Of a stretch of DNA of 64,000 nt, positions 51,560 to 64,000 are shown piece by piece; position 1 is the stretch's first letter, and the number at the start of each line of letters is the position of its first letter. The translations under genes and the position numbers were made by a program. Source of the stretch: Macrostomum lignano. Taxonomy: Eukaryota. The notes under the pieces were generated by a model. It was given only the letters and a program-made list of their open reading frames with translations, was not told the DNA's origin and did not search any database. The stretch spans positions 227,273 through 291,272 of the forward strand of contig NIVC01000343.1 in assembly GCA_002269645.1 (NCBI GenBank), given 5' to 3'.

Positions 51560-51930
51560 CTCGCTGGGAGCGAGTTCAGCGATTGCTGCATCAACTACAA
51601 GGAGGCTGCCGCGGTGCTGCTGGCGTTGCTGCACTGGCGCCGTCAACTGCACAACTGCCGGATCGCTGTCTACTGCGACAATTCTGCAGCCTGCGCGATT
51701 ATCAACAAGGGGTCATCCAGGGAGCCCCGGCTGTTGCGGCTGCTGCAGACTGTTGCTCTGCTGTGCCTAAAGCAGAACATTGTGGTCACCGCCCACCATG
51801 TGCCCGGCCGGTTTCAGCTGTTTGCCGACGCCGCCTCCCGCCTGCATTGCCGGCAGGAGTTGCTGAATTTTCTGTTGCGAGCCTATGCAACCGCCTCTGT
51901 TTGCCCGCATGAATTTGCGGGACATGCGCT
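51560..51930 (+). pseudogene. DIRS-type RNase H domain fragment
   Basis: INYKEAAAVLLAL, IAVYCDNSAACAIINKGSS and AHHVPGRFQLFADAASR match the DIRS RNase H pattern; fused directly to repeat A1 by the deletion. Confidence 0.85.
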
Positions 51931-51964
51931 TAGCCCTGCCTCCGCCGCCTTTCTTTTTTTACAG

Positions 51965-52940
51965 GTCGCCTCCCTGGGTCTCTCGACGCTGCCGCCGCCA
52001 AACTGCTCCAGCAGGCCTACGCATCATCGTCCAAGAGGTCGCTGTCATCTGCTGTCCGCTCCTGGCAACGCTTCTGCCGAGAGCGGCGGCTCGACCCACT
52101 CGGCTGTCGGGCGGAGGATCTCGCAAACTACGTCGGCCAGCTCGTGGACGGCCGGCTCAGCTCCTTCGGCAGCGTCCGCGTGCATATCAGCGCTCTGTCC
52201 GCCAGTTTCCGACTGGCGGGAGTGCCGGACCTGACCAGGCACCCGCTGCTGCACCTGGTTCTGCGGGGAGCCAAGCGCGAGCTGGGGTCGGAGCCGAGTC
52301 GCAAGCTGCCGGTGTCGCCAGACCTTTTGTCGAGACTGCGGCTGCAAGTCGACAGCTCGAATCCTGTGCAGGCGGCCTGCTGGGCTGCGGTCATGTGCGC
52401 TTGGTGGGGGATGTTCAGGAAGTCCAGCCTGCTGCCGCGAGGGCGCGCCGATCCGCCAGTGCTGCGACTGAGCTCGCTGGCAAGATGCCCGAAGGCCTTC
52501 TTCTGACGTCCAGCTTCGGGAAGACCAACCAGTACGGCCGGACGCATCGCGTGCTGCTGCCAGAGTTGACTTCGGGCCACCCGCTCTGTCCAGTGGCGGC
52601 ACTGCGAGGCCACCTGCGCTGCAACCGGCTGAAGCGGCGGCAGCAGGGCCTGTTTTCATTCAGCAGTGGATCGTCCGGTCACGCATCTCTGACGTCCCGG
52701 AGGCTCGATGTACAGTTCAGGTCGTGGCTCGGCAAGGCGGGAGTGCCGGCGGCCGGGTTTTCTGTGCATAGCCTGCGGCGAGGCGCCGCCACCTGGGCGG
52801 CCCGGTGCGGCTTGTCAGTGCGGGAGATCCAGTGCGTGGGTGACTGGCGCAGCGACGCAGTGAGCGTCTACCTGTCCCGCGATGACACGGCTCTGCGTGC
52901 GGCGCGCAAGCTTGCTGTTGCGGCGCTTGACCAAACCTGA
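51965..52940 (+). CDS. Tyrosine recombinase of the Ngaro element; apparent 1-bp deletion at ~52483
   Basis: N-terminal LDAAAAKLLQQAYASSS...WQRFC...SVRVHISAL; catalytic R (GMFRKSS), K (FGKTNQ), HSLRRG, GDW and VY. Confidence 0.88.
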
Positions 52941-54059
52941 CGTGTTTCGCGGTTTTTTTGAAGAAAGGTTTTGGGCTCCTTTTTTTGTTTGCTTGTCCGC
53001 TTTTGCTTGCCTCTGCTTGGTCTGCTTTTGCTCTAGTCTGTTTTCTTGCTGCTTTTGGTGTTGGGGGGAGTGCATGGCAGCCTTCCCTGACCTCCTCGCT
53101 GTTCCTGCGCCATTTGCTGCTCTTGAGCTTGCTGCGTTCGTCTTCTGGGGTGGGCAGTGGGCACTAATGGCTAGTTTGCGCGGGCTGCGCTAACTGGCGT
53201 TTGTGTACGCTGCCCACCCCTGCCCCTCCCCCGCGGCTTCCCCCCACCCCCGGTGTTGGGGGGGGGGGGGTTGCGTGGCGGGGGGTTTTATACCCCGCGG
53301 TTGGCTCTTTGGCCTCGCTGTCGCATTGCAATTGAAAAAATTTTTTTTTCGTATCCTGTCACTCTTTTAATCCTGCTTTGATCCGTTCTAACTGTTGTCA
53401 ATAATGCTTGAATATTTTCTCGTAATCGGACTGAAATATACGGGGGGGGGAGTGCATGGCAGCCTTCCCTGACCTCCTCGCTGTTCCTGCGCCATTTGCT
53501 GCTCTTGAGCTTGCTGCGTTCGTCTTCTGGGGTGGGCAGTGGGCACTAAAGAACGAAAATATGACCATTTAGTTCGAATTTCAACTTTTTATTGACTTGG
53601 GGCAATTTATTGTTTGGAAAGATGCAAACAGACATTCGAATTTCACTATTCTACTTTTTAAACTTGCTACTATTAGTAGTGGAAACTAATTTAATTTTTC
53701 TATCAAGCCAGAAACTAGTAAGCTCTTTTTAACAAAAACAACGGTAAAAAGCACTGGGCCAGTTTTAGGCGAAGCACAGACTGGAATTCTGGAATGCCAA
53801 GCGCATAAGAATCTCTACGGGTGCATCCAGTTTAATGTCCGGTTCTGTGATCTTTCAGAGATCACTGCCTTCTCATCAATATTCGCAGGGCATGGCTGCG
53901 GACGCACGCTCACACGGGGTGTACAATGGCCCTGACTTTCTACAGGCATGTGATCGACCGCCATGTACACTTTCTGTGCCTCATGGCTGTGAATCGCATG
54001 ATTCGTCTTTGCACGATTAACTTTCCTGCACACAAGCTCCAAATTAATGTGGCCGCGCT

Positions 54060-54400
54060 CTCTCTCTTCTCTCCTCTCCCATCTCTCCTCTCCCTTCTCT
54101 CCTCTCCCTTCTCTCCTCTCCCTTCTCTCCTCTCCATTCTCTCCTCTCCCTTCTCTCCTCTCCCTTCTCTCCTCTCCCTTCTCTCCTCTCCCTTCTCTCC
54201 TCTCCCTTCTCTCCTCTCCCTTCTCTCCTCTCCCTTCTCTCCTCTCCCTTCTCTCCTCTCCATTCTCTCCTCTCCCTTCTCTCCTCTCCCTTCTCTCCTC
54301 TCCCTTCTCTCCTCTCCCATCTCTCCTCTCCCTTCTCTCCTCTCCCATCTCTCCTCTCCCTTCTCTCCTCTCCCATCTCTCCTCTCCCTTCTCTTCTCTC
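54060..54400 (+). repeat. (TCTCCTCTCCCT)n-type pyrimidine satellite
   Basis: Directly visible. Confidence 0.95.
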
Positions 54401-55032
54401 TCCTGGCCCTGAGGTAAAAAGTTTGCCAACCCATGATCTAAGGAGCACAATAAAAATGACCCATGAGCAACTCCAATTAAATTTTTACCACTTTCATTTA
54501 TTTTAGCAATTTAGATGGGAACTTTCTCACGAAACCCTTTTATAATTAATGACGCAGAAGCTTCATAAAAAGATTTTGTACTAAGTATTAACCGACTTTT
54601 CCTGTTACTTTTTTAGTTTACACACTCTCTGTGTCCATCTGCGGAATTGCTGGGCTTGGTTCGTTAGAGAGGAAAATGCATATGCAGTGCGGCATTGTTT
54701 GTACCAATCCACAGTGCTTCGCAGTTTCGGTGGGGTGGGGGACAAGGAAAGTCCCATGCAGTGAAGGCTTCGTAAAATTGGCCCCTGGTGCCAAGTGCCA
54801 AGGTGTCAAGGAGCGCACGTACATGTAGTGTGAGATGGGTGTCACAGCTCGTATTTAAAAGCATAATTTCAATGAGCTCAAATATACTCAGCAACAGTCA
54901 TAAGTTCCAAACTACAAGCGAGATTATTTTTTCTCACTTTGCGAGTGACGCAGCTTACGCATTCGATAAGCGTATTGCCACTTGGGGGTTGTCCAGGATG
55001 ACTTCCTAAAACGCAACATTTGAAAAGAGAAT

Positions 55033-55165
55033 CCACCACAGACTGTTACGGAGCTGCGTCATGCCATTGAAAACGCTTGGCAGCAGCCTCCCCAGGACTT
55101 TCTGCACCGCCTCATCCTGGGGATGCACCGCAGAGTCGCTGCACTTCCGCATGCGAGGGGGATCA
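55033..55165 (+). pseudogene. Tc1-like transposase C-terminal remnant
   Basis: PPQTVTELRHAIENAWQQPPQDFLHRLILGMHRRVAALPHARG matches the Tc1 C-terminal pattern P.....L...L...W..IP...I..LI.SM.RR..AVI.ARG. Confidence 0.7.
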
Positions 55166-55658
55166 TTATTGATTCAATCAACTTTCCCTTTCTCGGGGCG
55201 GCTTTGTTGCGTAACTTGAGGGTTGAATTGTGAGTGAGAATTTGTCGCAATAAAGAAGAAAAACAATTCATCTCACTTGGAGGGTGGAACTTTTGATTGT
55301 TCCTGAGGCTGAATTTAATATAATAGTTTTGAAAAACTCAGTAAGAGATTCCATGAGAATGGCCATAGACACTCGGTCCTTATTGGTAGAAAGCGGAAAC
55401 TCCTTAAATATGATAATGCAACGAAAGGCAGATTATTGTAATGCATAAAGCATAATCGCTTCATATTTGCATGTTGGAGACCACCTGGGTGCAGGGCCGG
55501 AGGCAAAAGCGGTGCTAGCTATGCTGGCTGGCGGGCGGTGGTGGACTCTCCATCCTGGTCACCTTTGCGTCAGTGCATGTAAGTCCCTGCTACAGTAGCA
55601 AATTGTATTCCTTTTTACGACCCTTCTTATCTGCTTAGGGAGGGTATTAAGTTTAGGT

Positions 55659-56011
55659 CATGGGGTCGGCAACCTCCGGCCCGCGAAGCCTCTCTATCTG
55701 GGCCTTTGAAACTTCACAATAGCAATCCGGCCTGCTCAAGTTTTGTGTCTCCTCTCAGCTCTCTTCTCTCTAATCTACTCTCTAATCTCTTTTCTCATCT
55801 CTCTCCCCTCTCTCTTCTCTCCCCTCTTTCCCCTCCTCTTCTCTCCCCTCTCTCCCTCATCTATCCTCATACGAGTGCTAACTTCTCTTTTATCTCTTCT
55901 CTCATCGATCCCTCGCCTCTCCTTTCCTGTCTCATCTCTCATATTCTTTTCTCCTGCATTTCCACTCTCATCAGGCTAGCAGTCTTGAGCTGGAATGTTT
56001 GCCGACCCCTG
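55659..56011. mobile_element. hAT-type MITE, 353 bp
   Basis: Perfect 8-bp TSD GTTTAGGT at 55651-55658 and 56012-56019; TIR CA(T)GGGGTCGGCAA / TTGCCGACCCCTG. Confidence 0.85.
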
Positions 56012-56364
56012 GTTTAGGTCCTCATCAATGGGGAAAGCATGCAGGAGGCTGAGGTGTGAGTATTGGGGGGGGGGTGGGAACATGTGGGCAGGGGAGGAAA
56101 AGCGTGTGTTTATTTTTCCCAGTCACCATGGTGATTGCTTGCTTTCCCATTCCTCTCAATCCATCCATCTATTCTCTTTCTATCCCGTGCGACTCACTCG
56201 CCCCCCCTCTGAGCAGCGTACTCTCTCCTGCATTCCTGATCGAACTGGAATTCCCATCACTGAAGTGCATGACTCAAGAGTTCGTGTCTCACTTTCACCT
56301 TTCACAGTTGAATTTGTCAGACAGGTATTAAAAGATTTACTATATACCTACTTATGCTTATTGT

Positions 56365-57561
56365 CAGGGCCGTCGCCACCAGAGGGACAGGCAGGACATG
56401 TGCCCCCCCCCGTAAAAGCTTTGGGGGGGGGATATGTTAATGCTTTCCCCCACCTCACCTCAGGACCCGATATGGAAATCAATAATTTTGCTTCAGGGCG
56501 CTGAAAATTATAGCCTGCGGCGCCAAAATGAGTGCCTGCGGCGCCAAAATGAGTGCCTGCGGCGCCAAAATGAGTGCCTGCGGCGCCAAAATGAGTGTTC
56601 TGCGGCGCCAAAATGAGTGTCTGCGGCGCCAAAATGAGTGTCTGCGGCGCCAAAATGAGTGCCTGCTGCGCCAAAATGAGTGCCTGCTGCGCCAAAATGA
56701 GTGTCTGCGGCGCCAAAATGAGTGTCTGCGGCGCCAAAATGAGTGCCTGCTGCGCCAAAATGAGTGTCTGCGGCGCCAAAATAAGGAATTTAGTCATGTA
56801 CATGTAGGAATTTAGTCATGTACATGTAGGAATTTAGTCATGTACATGTAGGAATTTAGTCATGTACATGTAGGAATTTAGTCATGTACATGTAGGAATT
56901 TAGTCATGTACATGTAGGAATTTAATCATGTACATGTAGGAATTTAATCATGTACATGTAGGAATTTAATCATGTACATGTAGGAATTTAATCATGTACA
57001 TGTAGGAATTTAATAATGTACATGTAGGAATTTAGTCATGTACATGTAGGAATTTAATCATGTACATGTAGGAATTTAATCATGTACATGTAGGAATTTA
57101 ATAATGTACATGTAGGAATTTAGTCATGTACATGTAGGAATTTAATCATGTACATGTAGGAATTTAATAATGTACATGTAGGAATTTAGTCATGTACATG
57201 TAGGAATTTAATCATGTACATGTAGGAATTTAATCATGTACATGTAGGAATTTAATCATGTACATGTAGGAATTTAATCATGTACATGTAGGAATTTAAT
57301 CATGTACATGTAGGAATTTAATCATGTACATGTAGGAATTTAGTCATGTACATGTAGTAATTTAATCATGTACATGTAGGAATTTAGTCATGTACATGTA
57401 GGAATTTAGTCATGTACCTGTAGGAATTTATTCATGTACATGTAGGAATTTAGTCATGTACCTGTAGGAATTTATTCATGTACATGTAGGAATTTAGTCA
57501 TGTACATGAAGAATTCCTGACTTCGTTCCCCTCCAGCATCAAATCCATGGTGACACCCCTG
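56365..57561. mobile_element. Probable hAT-type MITE expanded by two internal minisatellites (21-bp GGCGCCAAAATGAGTGTCTGC and 22-bp CATGTACATGTAGGAATTTAGT)
   Basis: Imperfect TIR CAGGGCCGTCGCCA / TGGTGACACCCCTG; flanks CTTATTGT / CTTTATTGT; arrays at ~56518-56780 and ~56780-57500. Confidence 0.55.
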
Positions 57562-57999
57562 CTTTATTGTTGTTGGTTAAGTACAGAGTGACCGTTCGTG
57601 TATCGGATGGATGCTAAGGTGCACTTCAATTCTAAAAATAGTAGCTGGCCTCTGCCAGCTCGCCTTCTTCAGCCATAGCGTAGTCAAGGACTCAATAAAA
57701 ATTCCAATTAAAATATCAAGCTCTAACTAGACTTTATTGGATTATAAACGGAAGTTTTGTTTGAATTGGCAAAATTATTGCAATAAAAATCCAGTTCAAA
57801 CCGGATCTCCTGTACACCCGTGAGCTCATCAAGTTTACAGCCTTAGTCCTGTGCGCTCTATACCTGCTTGAATCCTCTCTGCTTAGTGGAGTGCAGGGAT
57901 ATCTAAGTCTGGGTATGCTGTATCCACATGAGTGTGACATGGGCAATATCCAACTTTCTGCTCTAGCTCGTAGTCTCTCCTCCTCTCCTCTCATTTAAT

Positions 58000-58560
58000 C
58001 TCACCTCATCTCGTCTCATCTCGTCTCACCTTGTTTTCATCTAATTTCCTCTAATCTCGTCTCATCTAATCTAATCTCATTTCATCTCATCTCATCCAAT
58101 CTCATCTCATCTCATCCAATCTCATCTCCTTTCATCCCATCTCATCTCATCCAATCTCATCTCATCTCATCCAATCTCATCTCATTTCATCCAATCTCAT
58201 CTCATCCAATCTCATCTCATCTCATCCAATCTCATCTCATTTCATCCAATCTCATCTCATCCAATCTCAACCAATCTCATCTACAATCTCATCTCATCTC
58301 ATCCAATCTCATCTCATTTCATCCAATCTCATCCCATTCAATCTCATCTCATATCATCCAATCTCATCTCATTTCATCCGATCTCATCCCATCCAATCTC
58401 ATCTCATCTCATCCAATCTCATCTTATTTCATCCAATCTCATCTCATCCAATCTCATCTCATCTCATCCAATCTCATCCCATTCAATCTCATCTCATATC
58501 ATCCTATCTCAACCAATCTCATCTACAATCTCATCTCATCTCATCCAATCTTATCTAATT
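58000..58560 (+). repeat. (CATCT)n / CCAAT satellite
   Basis: Directly visible. Confidence 0.95.
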
Positions 58561-59065
58561 TTTAATCTAATCTCATTACATCTTCTGTTCTTTCCTCTCC
58601 TGCCCTCTCCGCTCTAGCTACTAAGTAGCTGTCCTCTAACTGAGCAACGCTATCTGCATATTTTAAAAGTTCAGTCCCACTTCAACAAAGCCAGAACCAG
58701 CTGCTGGCAGCCGATGAGGGAGTGGCATTAAACCAGTTTTACTGCTCACAGCCCAGACAACGCACCCGCCTCCTGAAACAAGTCAACATTTCGAGCCCGC
58801 CACCCCCTTCAGTTCTCTCTCTCTCCCTCACTACCCATTCTGCTTCTGCATTGTCCAATGGCGCATTGCCGCCGTGCAGTACCTGGCCCGGACCCCCCCC
58901 CCCCATCGCTCACACAGTCCGCTCTCACGGCCGAGTATATCTACCCTGAGCAACTGGCAACCCAGCTGCTTTAGTCATTTTCCTGCTCCATTTCCCAGTG
59001 CTTCCTTCACGTTCCTCCCCTCCTTCAGCCAGCAGAGGCTCGAGAGTGAGAACATCGGTGAGGCA

Positions 59066-63853
<4,788 letters not shown>

Positions 63854-64000
63854 GTATGCTTGAATCGAGACCCTTTTCAAAACTGTTTTTTTAACTTACA
63901 TATTCAGAAACAAGCAGAGGTCAGAAGCTACATTTAAAAATACAAAAAATGAATAATACGGCTCGAAAATAATGTAAAACGTAAAGAAGCGTCATGTAAA

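Larger units (their letters stand above)
51394..53549 (+). mobile_element. Ngaro-type (DIRS order) tyrosine-recombinase retroelement, internally deleted (no gag or RT)
   Basis: Split direct repeats in A1-ORFs-B1-A2-B2 order: A1 51394-51559, B1 53063-53167, A2 53168-53337, B2 ~53445-53549. No TSD evident. Encodes DIRS-type RNase H and YR. Confidence 0.9.

Overview
Eukaryotic (animal) genomic DNA. GC-rich, Ala/Leu-rich exons sit among introns filled with minisatellites, which resembles a Macrostomum-like flatworm (inference only). Genes reconstructed by hand from phase-consistent GT-AG junctions: the 3' end of a DEG/ENaC channel; a 9-exon exportin-6 (minus strand); a same-strand cluster POMP, GANP/SAC3, LSM4 and JADE/rhinoceros; a secreted protein with a permuted papain-like (PPPDE/LRAT-type) motif; an sFRP; and the 5' part of an ADAM-type metalloprotease. 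Mobile elements: a CMC/CACTA-like TIR element carrying a spliced non-transposase gene; a young non-coding LTR element inserted 11 nt inside exon 3 of exportin-6; a full-length hAT transposon with one stop codon; an internally deleted Ngaro-type tyrosine-recombinase retroelement with split direct repeats; three CORE-type tRNA SINEs; and several MITE, LINE and Tc1 remnants. Four apparent 1-bp deletions in short homopolymers look like long-read errors. There is no CRISPR array or rRNA. All family assignments come from motif recall, not database searches.
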